From: Promethearchaeota archaeon
Lineage (GTDB): Archaea; Asgardarchaeota; Hermodarchaeia; Hermodarchaeales; Hermodarchaeaceae
DNA: 48,890 bases
Assembly: GCA_048939245.1 (NCBI GenBank)
Contig: JBHLPR010000012.1
Span: 1 to 48,890 of the forward strand
Direction of reading: 5' to 3'
This document shows positions 1 to 9,139 of the stretch, piece by piece. A program made the position numbers and the translations under genes. The number at the start of each line of letters is the position of its first letter. Within the stretch, counting starts at the first letter, position 1. The notes below the pieces were generated by a model. The model made no database searches. It was not told where the DNA came from and worked only from the letters and a program-made list of their open reading frames with translations.

Positions 1-2088
1 AAACACTTCGAGGCTTTCAACGCCCTTTTTGGCGAGGTATTGATCAACTAAAGCCTTAATGAAAAAGCAGCTCTTTTTATCGGTCAGGGTTTTTGCTAGT
101 GCGTAGAGTCTTCGCTCGGATGAGCTGAGTGAGAGCGTTTGAGCCAGGTCCGCTTGGAGCATGTTGGGTACGCGTAGAGAAATGAAGAAGTATTCATCGA
201 CGAGATCGATGCCTTCACTGAAAATATTAAGGCGCCCCGCCCAGTTTTCGAACACATCCTGATATTGTTGTTCAAACTGCTCAGTGAATTCTTCCAGGCG
301 TTTACCTAGCTGGCCACTGGGAGGCTGTTTGAAGATTAAGGCGTTTCGTGTGTATTGGCCATCATGGACGATGATGTGAAAGTCACGATAGGTGATTTGT
401 TGTAGAGAGGAGGTGTCGTCAAGAGGTTCCGGGGATTCGTCGGTTTCGGTGAGATTTACCCCAAAAGCAGTGATGGCTTGGATGAGTGCACTTACGAGAT
501 TGGCTTTCATTTTTCGGTCAATTATTGGATCTAATAAGCATAGCCCAGTTTCTTTATGGATTAACAGGATTCGTCGAATTTTGTGAATATCATAAAATGA
601 GTCCACCAGTGTCTGCAGTTTTCGTTGATGGGACCTTTGTCGGGGAAGGAGGATCTGTTGTCGGTAAAAAGCGAAGACTACCGAAATAAGCAGAAGTAAA
701 ACAACGATGATGGAGAGGAGAACCCACCAGTAGAAGGAAAGAGGAGACACGGGAATCATACAGTACACATGCCATATCCCATCCTCTGCATTGTTGATGA
801 TGAGGAAGTCTCCGTCCACGACCCAATCAGTATAGAGGAGAGTATTTCGATGAAGAAATTCAATTGTAGAATTGGGGAGGAGAGGCACGCTAATGGTTTG
901 ATTCTCTACACCTGTCGGGAAATCCACTATTATCGTGAGAAGCCAATTCGCTTCCAGTTGGACCGATGTTGGTCCAGAACTGACCGGAACCATATCAATG
1001 AAATTTCCCACCCAGCGCACATCGAAATTAATGGACCATTGATAGAAATTCGGCCAACTGAGTAATATCTGATACAGACGTGGCGCTCCATCCAATAACA
1101 CCGGAGGTTGGTATTCGTCACTGGCCCATACACCATTCGACGGGGCTTCTTGATTGGCTACTGGATGTCCGTTAAGTCGCAGATTGATAGCGGAAGGGAA
1201 GAGTTCTGAAGATTCGGGAAGGATAGAGACATTGAGAAACAAGTCGCGAGTCCGATAGCTCCATGAGTTAAAATGCCCATAGCAATCGCCTTCATCCTCT
1301 TCATCGGGATTCACATCATCGCGACAGTATACCCAATTAATTCGGGTATCAGTGGTAGCCCCAAAGGCACGACCAAGGCCGAAGTAGAAAGTGTGAGCAT
1401 AGGTGGACAAGGGATTAAGCACTAGTGCGCTTTCGTTGGTATCAATCCAAAACCAGTATTCCTCACCGGGTTCGAGCATCGGTGATACAGGGACTTCAAT
1501 CCAATCGGTAAAGGGAGCAGACGTGTCGACAAAGGTGTCGGCTTGGGTTCCGGGTTCAGCGCCATAAACCCGGTAGCGGAAAATACCTTGCGATTCACCA
1601 CGAAGATAGATCCAAAACCCATCGACCCGAACTGGTTGAGTTCCATTGATGCGGAAGCCCATATAGGATTCTTCGTCGGTCCAGATATAATCTTCAAAGG
1701 GACAATTGACCGGGTTATAGTCTTCCACGGCGATTTGTATGGGTTCAGGTTGAATATTCGAGAAATGGAGGGTCTCGCGAGATAACTGACCCTGAGTAAC
1801 AGTCAAAGTGAATTGGTTTCGGCTGTTCAGATTAGGCCAAATGTGTTGTTGCATCCAAGTTAATTGAGCGAGAGGAGAACTTTGATTTTCAAGAAATTGG
1901 ATGTTGCCAGTAAAGGGTAGATTGGTTAGTGTGTGAGCACGCCCCGGGGTATTGAGTGGGAAAGTGGTAATTGGATTCTGGACTGGTTTGTTCAATGGAA
2001 AATAGAAGAGGAACCCATTGAACAGCAGTATTAAGCTAATTACGAGAGAGACGATATGAAGCCCGGTGGCCTTCCGGGGAATCTTCAT
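1..2088 (-). CDS. Large membrane protein (N-terminal hydrophobic signal/anchor, extracellular beta-rich region, TM helix, cytoplasmic longin/roadblock-like domain); 3'-truncated by window edge
   Basis: Hand-translated open frame from ATG 2088 (MKIPRKATGLHIVSLVISLILLFNGFLFYF...) to position 1, with GGAGGT upstream. TM helix FYWWVLLSIIVVLLLLISVVFAFY (~664-738), followed by RRILLIHKETGLCLL...NLVSALIQAITAFG. Absent from the ORF track because it has no stop in the window. Confidence 0.8.
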   Translation of the reverse strand, partial: MKIPRKATGLHIVSLVISLILLFNGFLFYFPLNKPVQNPITTFPLNTPGRAHTLTNLPFTGNIQFLENQSSPLAQLTWMQQHIWPNLNSRNQFTLTVTQGQLSRETLHFSNIQPEPIQIAVEDYNPVNCPFEDYIWTDEESYMGFRINGTQPVRVDGFWIYLRGESQGIFRYRVYGAEPGTQADTFVDTSAPFTDWIEVPVSPMLEPGEEYWFWIDTNESALVLNPLSTYAHTFYFGLGRAFGATTDTRINWVYCRDDVNPDEEDEGDCYGHFNSWSYRTRDLFLNVSILPESSELFPSAINLRLNGHPVANQEAPSNGVWASDEYQPPVLLDGAPRLYQILLSWPNFYQWSINFDVRWVGNFIDMVPVSSGPTSVQLEANWLLTIIVDFPTGVENQTISVPLLPNSTIEFLHRNTLLYTDWVVDGDFLIINNAEDGIWHVYCMIPVSPLSFYWWVLLSIIVVLLLLISVVFAFYRQQILLPRQRSHQRKLQTLVDSFYDIHKIRRILLIHKETGLCLLDPIIDRKMKANLVSALIQAITAFGVNLTETDESPEPLDDTSSLQQITYRDFHIIVHDGQYTRNALIFKQPPSGQLGKRLEEFTEQFEQQYQDVFENWAGRLNIFSEGIDLVDEYFFISLRVPNMLQADLAQTLSLSSSERRLYALAKTLTDKKSCFFIKALVDQYLAKKGVESLEVF

Positions 2089-2156
2089 ATTCACGATTAC
2101 CTCCCACAGGGCGTGCCTTGCGTGGTCCTGTGTGTTTTTTCAGCTAGAGCGCGCTT

Positions 2157-2172
2157 TGATTTCCGGAAATCA
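2157..2172. promoter_or_regulatory. Perfect 16-bp palindrome TGATTTCCGGAAATCA, candidate operator
   Basis: Self-complementary. Lies between a minus-strand TATA-like element (~2200-2208) and the start at 2088. Confidence 0.4.
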
Positions 2173-2322
2173 GTAGCATTTGAAATGTACCCTCCGTACA
2201 ATAAATATCCCAGTTGCCTCGGTTGAAGATCAGGAGGAATTTTGCTGAATTCGTAATCCCTTTCAACGAGAAAAGCGACAAAAATCCCAGAAAAAAAGAT
2301 GTTCAGTGATCCCAATTATCAA

Positions 2323-3048
2323 CTAGTCAGATTTATGCAGTTCAGAGGAAAAGGGGACAAACGCGCCATCGTGGAGTATGGGTGTTAAGCTGTAGCGGTT
2401 AGGCTGGGCACAAAAGGTAATGTCTTCTTCATAACCGGCTCGAACCAGAAGACTTCCATGACGACTCACCAATAATTCACGAGCTAAATCCCCAATATCA
2501 GCATAGCCAGGGGGTCCATCAGGATCGCGAATACGAATCATGAGTTGATAACAGGTGAAGTCATCTTCCGTTGCGACGCCATGCACACTTCCCGCAGAGA
2601 TGACAGAAATCGGCTGTCCTAACTGGATAGCTAACTTGCGAGCGGTGGAAGAGACGTGATCAATATTCAAAAACGCCCCCACTAAGAGGGTCGCCTTCGC
2701 GGGAGGCACTCCAAGGGTTCGTGTGAAATTACTTGTAGTAAGAATAATGGGATGCCCACGGATTCGGTTAGTGAGAAAACTGCGCGGCGAGTTTCCATAA
2801 TCGAAGCCGGCTGGAGGATGAGCCGCTCTTTCCCCAGCCAGAAACCCATTCGGAAAATGATAGATTCTTTCCCGGGCTTCTTCCACTGTGGGAACCGGAA
2901 TAATCTTTGAAGCCCCGTTGGCAAGAGCCGTAATTATTGTACTGCTTGCTCGGAGCACATCCACAAGGATAATCACATGCTGTTTGTCCACCGCTTCGGC
3001 CAGTGCTTGGGGTCCCGAACCATGCGTCACTGAAAGGGTATCCGACAT
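2323..3048 (-). CDS. comB: 2-phosphosulfolactate phosphatase (ComB) family phosphatase
   Basis: VDVLRASSTI, GER, GNSP, LTTSN and ED motifs. Confidence 0.85.
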   Translation of the reverse strand: MSDTLSVTHGSGPQALAEAVDKQHVIILVDVLRASSTIITALANGASKIIPVPTVEEARERIYHFPNGFLAGERAAHPPAGFDYGNSPRSFLTNRIRGHPIILTTSNFTRTLGVPPAKATLLVGAFLNIDHVSSTARKLAIQLGQPISVISAGSVHGVATEDDFTCYQLMIRIRDPDGPPGYADIGDLARELLVSRHGSLLVRAGYEEDITFCAQPNRYSLTPILHDGAFVPFSSELHKSD

Positions 3049-3075
3049 AGAATAAGCTCCGTGCGACAGGCGGGT

Positions 3076-3702
3076 TTAAGGTTTTGGTGCGTCCAGCTGG
3101 TGAAGACCCCGACGGTAATAGAGGACTCGGTAGATCACCGTCAGATGACTCAGAATAGCCACCAGGACCAATCCGACATACAGGAGTGGAGGATAGAGAA
3201 CCGCCCCAATGCTAGTTACCACCAAGATGAAGAGGCGTTCAGACCGAGCCGCCAGACCAACGTCTGTATCAGTCACACCGGCGGCTTGTGCGCGACTTCG
3301 ACTATAACTGACTAAGATAACCCCGATCGCCGCAACGATGACCCAGCACCAGCTAGGTCCCCAATGAGGAAAGGGATTCGGGAGCCACAGAAAGGGCAAA
3401 AGAACTAACACATCAGCACCCCGATCTAGCATCGAATCAAGAAATCCACCAGCCAATGAAACCTGCCCGGTGCGACGGGCGACTTCCCCATCTACTCCAT
3501 CTAATACTCCAGCAAGGAAGACAAGAAGTCCATAGATAAGAACCCAATGATATAAGCTGAGCAGGAAGGCAGCGAGCCAAGCGAAGAAAAAGGCTAGGAC
3601 ACTGATGGTGTTTGGAGCGAATCCTAGGCGAATAAAGCCACCGGCAAGAAACCGAACCAAGGGACCGAACACCCGTCGAAGACGAAATTGTGAAGGCACC
3701 AT
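3076..3702 (-). CDS. CDP-alcohol phosphatidyltransferase (archaetidylinositol-phosphate synthase-like)
   Basis: DGVDGEVAR...GGFLDSMLDR signature, PNTIS, SYSRSRA, RSER; hydrophobic. Confidence 0.9.
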   Translation of the reverse strand: MVPSQFRLRRVFGPLVRFLAGGFIRLGFAPNTISVLAFFFAWLAAFLLSLYHWVLIYGLLVFLAGVLDGVDGEVARRTGQVSLAGGFLDSMLDRGADVLVLLPFLWLPNPFPHWGPSWCWVIVAAIGVILVSYSRSRAQAAGVTDTDVGLAARSERLFILVVTSIGAVLYPPLLYVGLVLVAILSHLTVIYRVLYYRRGLHQLDAPKP

Positions 3703-3714
3703 AATCGCATCCTG

Positions 3715-4746
3715 TCACCGAGAATGAATAATATTGCCCTTCGCATCTAATATTGCCCCGACCAAATGAACGTTGAGAGGAACTTGGGTGCCGGGGAAGG
3801 TTATACAGTGGGCGAGTTCAGAATTATCCTGAACGACAGTCGAGGCCCCAAGAGTAGTTCCCCCATGTATAAGACATTTATCGCCCACCCGCACCCGAGT
3901 TCCTAACAGCACAGGACCCTGTATATGAGTTTCGTGCCCCAAACTCAGAGTGGCACTCTCCAAAGGACCAGTCATTGAAGTCCCTTCAGGCAGATAGGTG
4001 CCCGGGGGCATCGGAGCAGGAGGCCATCCTGCTGATAATAGATAATGGTTTAAATGAACTAGCTGGTGGGGTTCATCGACATCACACCAGATCTGTTTAG
4101 TGATTGGAATGCCCTGAATTGAGCCTTCGTGTAGGAGCCATCGAGATATCAGGTCAGCGACCGTGGACGCTGCAGGACCTACTTCGGGCGGAGTAGACTC
4201 GGTTCCCAGACCCCATTGCAGGAACTCGGGTGTGGCTCGAAGCGCAGGAATCACTGGGGAGTGTTTAGGGAGTGCGCATGCATTTTGCGTGATTGCGTAA
4301 ATTTGATTGGATGCCCTCACTTCAATTTGAGTACCAGGAAGTTTGCGTTCCGCATCAAATAGCAGTGCTAATTCTGATTGTGTCGATATAAGGGAGGTTA
4401 GGGTTTGTGCAGAAACATAGAGATCGGCAGGAACTAGAAGAAACGGTTTCTGTGGGGAAAGGTGGGGGATAGCCGCCTTTAAGGAATGAAGAGGCCCCTT
4501 AGACCATTCAGGGGCAAAGATGGGAACTAAGGATGCAGAACAAGGCAGATTAGTAAGGAAGCGCTGTATCTGCTCGGCTTCATAGCCTACTGTGACGAAT
4601 ATGTGAGAACACCCTGCCTCGGTCAAAGCGGCAATGAGATACTCGAGGAGTGGTCGATTAGCTACAGGAAGAAGAGGTTTGGGAAGAACCGTGGTTAGGG
4701 GGTGAAAACGCGATCCGCGTCCACTAGCGAGAATAATGACCTTCAA
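3715..4746 (-). CDS. Sugar-phosphate nucleotidyltransferase with C-terminal left-handed beta-helix
   Basis: ILASGRGSRFHPLT...PKPLLPV, WCDVD, hexapeptide-like repeats at the C-terminus; TTG start. Confidence 0.8.
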   Translation of the reverse strand: MKVIILASGRGSRFHPLTTVLPKPLLPVANRPLLEYLIAALTEAGCSHIFVTVGYEAEQIQRFLTNLPCSASLVPIFAPEWSKGPLHSLKAAIPHLSPQKPFLLVPADLYVSAQTLTSLISTQSELALLFDAERKLPGTQIEVRASNQIYAITQNACALPKHSPVIPALRATPEFLQWGLGTESTPPEVGPAASTVADLISRWLLHEGSIQGIPITKQIWCDVDEPHQLVHLNHYLLSAGWPPAPMPPGTYLPEGTSMTGPLESATLSLGHETHIQGPVLLGTRVRVGDKCLIHGGTTLGASTVVQDNSELAHCITFPGTQVPLNVHLVGAILDAKGNIIHSR

Positions 4747-4809
4747 TGACTGATCCTCGAACAGGTTTTAGGCTAGGATGTCTCTTACATTAGCGGTGGT
4801 ATCAGAAAA

Positions 4810-5457
4810 ATGACTAGGCGCCAAGTGATAAACCCAGAAAACCCCGATGTTCGCATCATTGGAGAAGTTGCAACTCTTATTAAAACCGGCCACATCGTCG
4901 TTCTTCCCACAGATACTGCCTATGGATTAACCGGTGACCCCTCCAATGCTGAAGTGGTCCACCGGATCCTCGCTGCTAAAGAAAGGGAGAAAAAACTTGG
5001 AATGCCACTCCTTGCAGCGAACCTACAGCAGGTCCGAGACCTGGCCATTCTTTCCCCTCTGGCGGAAGCTGTTGCAGCTCAAGTTTGGCCCGGCGCGGTA
5101 ACATTAGTCGTCTCTGCCCGTCAGAGGTTTCCTCATGGAATTTTAGGTCCAGAGAATTCGCTTGCAGTTCGGATTCCCAATCACCCTGTGCCCCTCAAAG
5201 TAATTCAGACAACAGGATTCCCGATCATTGGTACCAGCGCGAATAAGTCGAATATGGCCAGTCCACGAACTGCCAATGCAGCTGCCACCCAATTATCAAA
5301 TTTGGTCGATTATATTCTAGATGGAGGTCCCACGCAGTATTCAGCTGACTCCACCATCGTGAATTTTACCCTTGACCCGCCAGAAATTATCCGTGAAGGC
5401 GCCGTATCACGCATAGAAATCAACCGCATACTAAAAATCGGCACTGAATCGCAATGA
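4810..5457 (+). CDS. sua5: L-threonylcarbamoyladenylate synthase (TsaC/Sua5, single YrdC domain)
   Basis: PTDTAYGL, KER, WPG, AVRIP, TSAN, STIV, REGA motifs. Confidence 0.92.
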   Translation: MTRRQVINPENPDVRIIGEVATLIKTGHIVVLPTDTAYGLTGDPSNAEVVHRILAAKEREKKLGMPLLAANLQQVRDLAILSPLAEAVAAQVWPGAVTLVVSARQRFPHGILGPENSLAVRIPNHPVPLKVIQTTGFPIIGTSANKSNMASPRTANAAATQLSNLVDYILDGGPTQYSADSTIVNFTLDPPEIIREGAVSRIEINRILKIGTESQ

Positions 5458-5508
5458 GTTATTCGACGTGAGTGGTTCCTGAACACTTAAAAAAGGAAGC
5501 GTGCACCC

Positions 5509-6048
5509 TTGAGCCGTATGCTGTCAATCAATGATGAATTCAACTTGTTATTATCATGTCGCCGATTCCAAGAAGCCGAAAGCTGTCAGGAACTTCGACG
5601 CATAATTGACGAAGAACCCGAAATAGGAGTAGTGGAACGGTGTAAACTCACAGGGATTACGTGCTTAGTGGTTGCCAAAGTAGACGGCGACCCCCATGCC
5701 TTTGCCACTCGAGTTGGGGAACGTGTGCGGAAAATGCCCTGGATTGTCCGCGATTTGTTGAAGATTCATCCGATTGATCTTGTTGTTGACAGCACTGTCA
5801 AAGCAATTCGTAAGGGCAGCAAAGAATTGGCGAAACAAATGACAAAAACAGATACGTTTCGCATTAATCTCAATCGCCGGGATACCGACCTGGATCGGGA
5901 TAAACTCCTCCATGAAATCGCTATCCAATTTCCTGGAAAAGTCGATTTGGAAAAATATGACTGGATAGTCGCAGTAGAAATATTGGGACCAGTGACCGGT
6001 CTTGCGTTGCTCCGCGAAGAAGAAATTGTGACGCTACGTCGACCCTAG
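5509..6048 (+). CDS. THUMP domain RNA-binding protein (Tan1/THUMPD1-like)
   Basis: TFRINLNRR...KVDLEKYDWIVAVEILG THUMP pattern. Confidence 0.8.
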   Translation: MSRMLSINDEFNLLLSCRRFQEAESCQELRRIIDEEPEIGVVERCKLTGITCLVVAKVDGDPHAFATRVGERVRKMPWIVRDLLKIHPIDLVVDSTVKAIRKGSKELAKQMTKTDTFRINLNRRDTDLDRDKLLHEIAIQFPGKVDLEKYDWIVAVEILGPVTGLALLREEEIVTLRRP

Positions 6049-6644
6049 CGTGTGATGGCAAGAAGGGCGCATCGATCGAAGACAAGTTTTTGTAAGGCCT
6101 GTTTGCGTGCAGCAGATTTCTTGGATGGACAGATTGCTTCTAGTTCAGCGGCGGATATATCGAAGTTGTCTTGAATAGCCTGTGCTTTTTTATCGGTGTC
6201 GACTTCCAACACCGCGGGGTCATCGGTTGCTTCTGTGAGCTGTAAAAACTTGTGGTAGGCGGATTCGAGTGTTGATTCTTTGGTATTTACCAGCACACCC
6301 CCAAGACGTCGTGTAGAGTTGGAAATCCCCAGGATTTCAAGAGCCTGAGAGATTTGCCGCTGGGCTGCGGCAAAGCGTAGAATTTCCATTTGGTGGGTGG
6401 AAGCCCTATTGGTCTGGGTATTGAAGGCAGAAAAGGCGTGGATAGTGGCAAAGAGCAAATGATCAGTCCCAGCGACATAATCAGCGTCGACTAAAAGGAA
6501 AGTTAAACCTGGGGTGAAAGCGATTTGTTTGGTTAGATCAATAATGGCTTCGGGAAGCAGAGGACGAGTTAGGGTACACCCAAAGATTCCTACTTGATGA
6601 CGGGAGGACCCGACGGTCACTTCCTGCATGATGAGAGGAGCCAT
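6045..6644 (-). CDS. cgi121: KEOPS complex subunit Cgi121
   Basis: HLLFATIHA...EILRFAAAQRQISQALEILG. Confidence 0.88.
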   Translation of the reverse strand: MAPLIMQEVTVGSSRHQVGIFGCTLTRPLLPEAIIDLTKQIAFTPGLTFLLVDADYVAGTDHLLFATIHAFSAFNTQTNRASTHQMEILRFAAAQRQISQALEILGISNSTRRLGGVLVNTKESTLESAYHKFLQLTEATDDPAVLEVDTDKKAQAIQDNFDISAAELEAICPSKKSAARKQALQKLVFDRCALLAITR

Positions 6645-6682
6645 TTGACACTTTCACCTGAGTTGTATATGTATCTGTACTG

Positions 6683-7462
6683 TTAGAAGGGGAAGCCCCA
6701 GAAAAACCAATCTGGTAGCAGAAATGGGAATTGAATGCGAAGGATGAAGGCAACATACAATGCGAAAATAAGAGCCAAAGTTGTTAGTAGCATTAGTCCG
6801 TAATCGCGTTTTCGAAGGCTTAGTTCGTAAAGACTGGTTCTGGTAACATTAGATCCAAACGCACGAGATTCTAGGCTCTCAGCGACTTGGAGGGCCCTGC
6901 GAATGGAACTGACGATGATGGGGATTAAGATGGGGATGTAATTGCGAACTTTTTGGAGGATATTGCCCCGTTCTAATTCGAGGCCCCGAGACATTTGGGC
7001 ATCGCGGATAGTTTCTGTTTCCGTCGCGATAGTCGGAACGTAACGAACAGCCATAGAGAATGCAAAGGCAAACTCGTAGGGAATACGCATTTTGATGAGG
7101 GCGAGGGCGAAATCATCCGGGTGGACGGTAAGGAAGAAGAGGGAGAAGGCAGTCATAAGGACCACTAGCCGTAAAACAGTGGATACGGCAAAGGAGAAGG
7201 AAATGAAGAAAGAGTTTATGATTAGAATAAAGCCGGCAAGATAGGCTAGTCCTTGCAGGCTTTTCGCCCATTGGCGAGTAGACCTTGCCTTGAGAATAAA
7301 AGGAAGCATAGCGAGGAGAACAAGAAGGAGGGGGATGATTTGGAGGAAAAGCATTCCGATGATTGAGAAGCCTATTGCCATGATGAAGGTAGTTCGAGGA
7401 TCGAGGCTGTGCATGAAGGTGTCTTTTTGTTTGAACCGGAATGCTTCAAAGATTGCAGCCAT
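6683..7462 (-). CDS. ecfT: ECF transporter transmembrane component T
   Basis: LDPRT, RYVPT, AQMSRG and ESRAF motifs. Confidence 0.9.
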   Translation of the reverse strand: MAAIFEAFRFKQKDTFMHSLDPRTTFIMAIGFSIIGMLFLQIIPLLLVLLAMLPFILKARSTRQWAKSLQGLAYLAGFILIINSFFISFSFAVSTVLRLVVLMTAFSLFFLTVHPDDFALALIKMRIPYEFAFAFSMAVRYVPTIATETETIRDAQMSRGLELERGNILQKVRNYIPILIPIIVSSIRRALQVAESLESRAFGSNVTRTSLYELSLRKRDYGLMLLTTLALIFALYVAFILRIQFPFLLPDWFFWGFPF

Positions 7463-7469
7463 ACTTTGT

Positions 7470-8297
7470 TCACCTCCGACTCCGTATTAGTTGATTAACG
7501 GCTTCCGCCGCTTCAGTAATTGTAGTAACGCTGGTGGGAAATTGGGGAAATTGTTCGGCGAGTTTATGGGCAAATTGGGTGAGTTGTGGTGGGAGAAGAC
7601 GGGCGCGATCTAAGATGTGCGGATTACTTAGAATCTGGTGTGGAGAACCATCAGCAATTAATTGTCCTTTGGAGAGTATGAGAAGGCGGTCCACGGCTTT
7701 TACTGCGAATTCCACATCATGGGTAACAAGTAATAAGATATGTTGTGGGTCTCGGAAGGACGCTATAAAATTGAGAAGCTTTTCCTTTTGTAGTGCATCT
7801 TGAGCCTGCGTGGGTTCATCCAAGATAAGGATTTTCGGTTCAACACAGAGAACAGAAGCTAAGGCTAACCGTTTACGTTCACCCCCACTTAATAGAAAGG
7901 GAGATTGATCTTTGTAACGGGTGAGCTCAAATAAATCCAAATACCGTGCTACACGTGCGGCAATCTCGTCTTTAGGAAAGTCGAGATTTCGTAAGGCAAA
8001 GGCAATTTCAGCTTGTAATGTATCGGCAAAGAGCTGATGATCAGCATTTTGAAATACAAAGCCCACTTGTCTCGCGAGCTGTGCTGTTGATGTCTCCCGT
8101 GTATCACGGCCATCAATGTAAACGGCGCCGGTGGTGGGTTTGAGCAGCCCATTGATATGTTTCACCAGTGTTGTTTTTCCTGCCCCATTTTCACCCATAA
8201 GACCAATAACTTGTCCTGGTGCTAGCTCGAGATTTAAATTGCGAAGGACAGGGATTCCCGATTCATATTCGAAGCCGACATTATTGAAAAGAATCAT
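7470..8297 (-). CDS. ecfA2: ECF transporter ATPase
   Basis: GENGAGKT, FQNADHQ, LSGGE, LDEPT, VTHD. Confidence 0.9.
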   Translation of the reverse strand: MILFNNVGFEYESGIPVLRNLNLELAPGQVIGLMGENGAGKTTLVKHINGLLKPTTGAVYIDGRDTRETSTAQLARQVGFVFQNADHQLFADTLQAEIAFALRNLDFPKDEIAARVARYLDLFELTRYKDQSPFLLSGGERKRLALASVLCVEPKILILDEPTQAQDALQKEKLLNFIASFRDPQHILLLVTHDVEFAVKAVDRLLILSKGQLIADGSPHQILSNPHILDRARLLPPQLTQFAHKLAEQFPQFPTSVTTITEAAEAVNQLIRSRR

Positions 8298-9133
8298 CGC
8301 CGCACCTCCTTTAGAATTGCAGCAATGGCTTCTTCGACAGAAAGTGGCGTTGTTACACGAATTTGGGGGGAATTGATTTGTTTGGCCAATTGAATTGTAC
8401 TCGGAACAGCTACGCCAATTTGGGAAACCCGTGGATTGTTAAAGACCTTGCTGGGCGGTCCTTTAGCTATCAGTTTGCCTTTATCAAGAACAAGGAGTTC
8501 TTGGATAAGGGGTAAAACGAGTTCCAATCGGTGTTCAATAAGTAAGACGGTGAGTTGCATTTCTTGATTTAGCTTGGCGATAAGGGAGAGTATTTCATAA
8601 GCGGATAAGGGATCAAGATTTGCTGTGGGTTCATCTAATACCAGAATATCCGGTCTCAGCGCCAATACCGCGGCTATTGCCACGCGTTGTTGTTCACCCC
8701 CAGATAGCTCATAGGGAGCTTTATCGCGGAGTTCTTCGAGACGATGTTGACGAAGAAGCGTTTCAACGCGTTGGCGGATTTCATCGCGTGGAACCCCAAG
8801 GTTCTCTGGTCCGAAAGCCAATTCACGCTCGACAGTGGGAGCGATCAGCTGGTTTTCGGGGTTTTGAAAGACTAATCCCACCTTTTGGGCGAGTTCGTGG
8901 GCATGATGTTCCTGGGAATTCATACCCTGGACAAGAACTGCCCCCTCTAAGTTTCCGGGATGAAAATGGGGGATAAGCCCATTAAGACAACGGGCAAGGG
9001 TGGTTTTTCCGCAGCCACTAGGTCCGACTAGCCCAAAGAAGGCGCCGCGGGGTATAGAAAGTGTGATGTTGTCAAGTACCCTGGTTTCAGTCCCCGAATA
9101 AGTGAAAGAAAGTTGGTCAATTTCAATGCTCAC
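8294..9133 (-). CDS. ecfA1: ECF transporter ATPase
   Basis: GPSGCGKT, FQNPENQ, LSGGEQQR, LDEPTANLD. Confidence 0.9.
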   Translation of the reverse strand: MSIEIDQLSFTYSGTETRVLDNITLSIPRGAFFGLVGPSGCGKTTLARCLNGLIPHFHPGNLEGAVLVQGMNSQEHHAHELAQKVGLVFQNPENQLIAPTVERELAFGPENLGVPRDEIRQRVETLLRQHRLEELRDKAPYELSGGEQQRVAIAAVLALRPDILVLDEPTANLDPLSAYEILSLIAKLNQEMQLTVLLIEHRLELVLPLIQELLVLDKGKLIAKGPPSKVFNNPRVSQIGVAVPSTIQLAKQINSPQIRVTTPLSVEEAIAAILKEVRR

Positions 9134-9139
9134 ACTTGG

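Noticed and set aside
392-1785. Short ORFs listed in the first 2 kb
   Set aside because: Shadows of the long minus-strand frame 1-2088
2097-2315. 72-aa minus ORF
   Set aside because: No recognisable motif; overlaps the promoter-like element and palindrome of the adjacent gene
2323-3048. comB as evidence of coenzyme M synthesis or methanogenesis
   Set aside because: No other com or mcr genes in the window; ComB homologues are widespread
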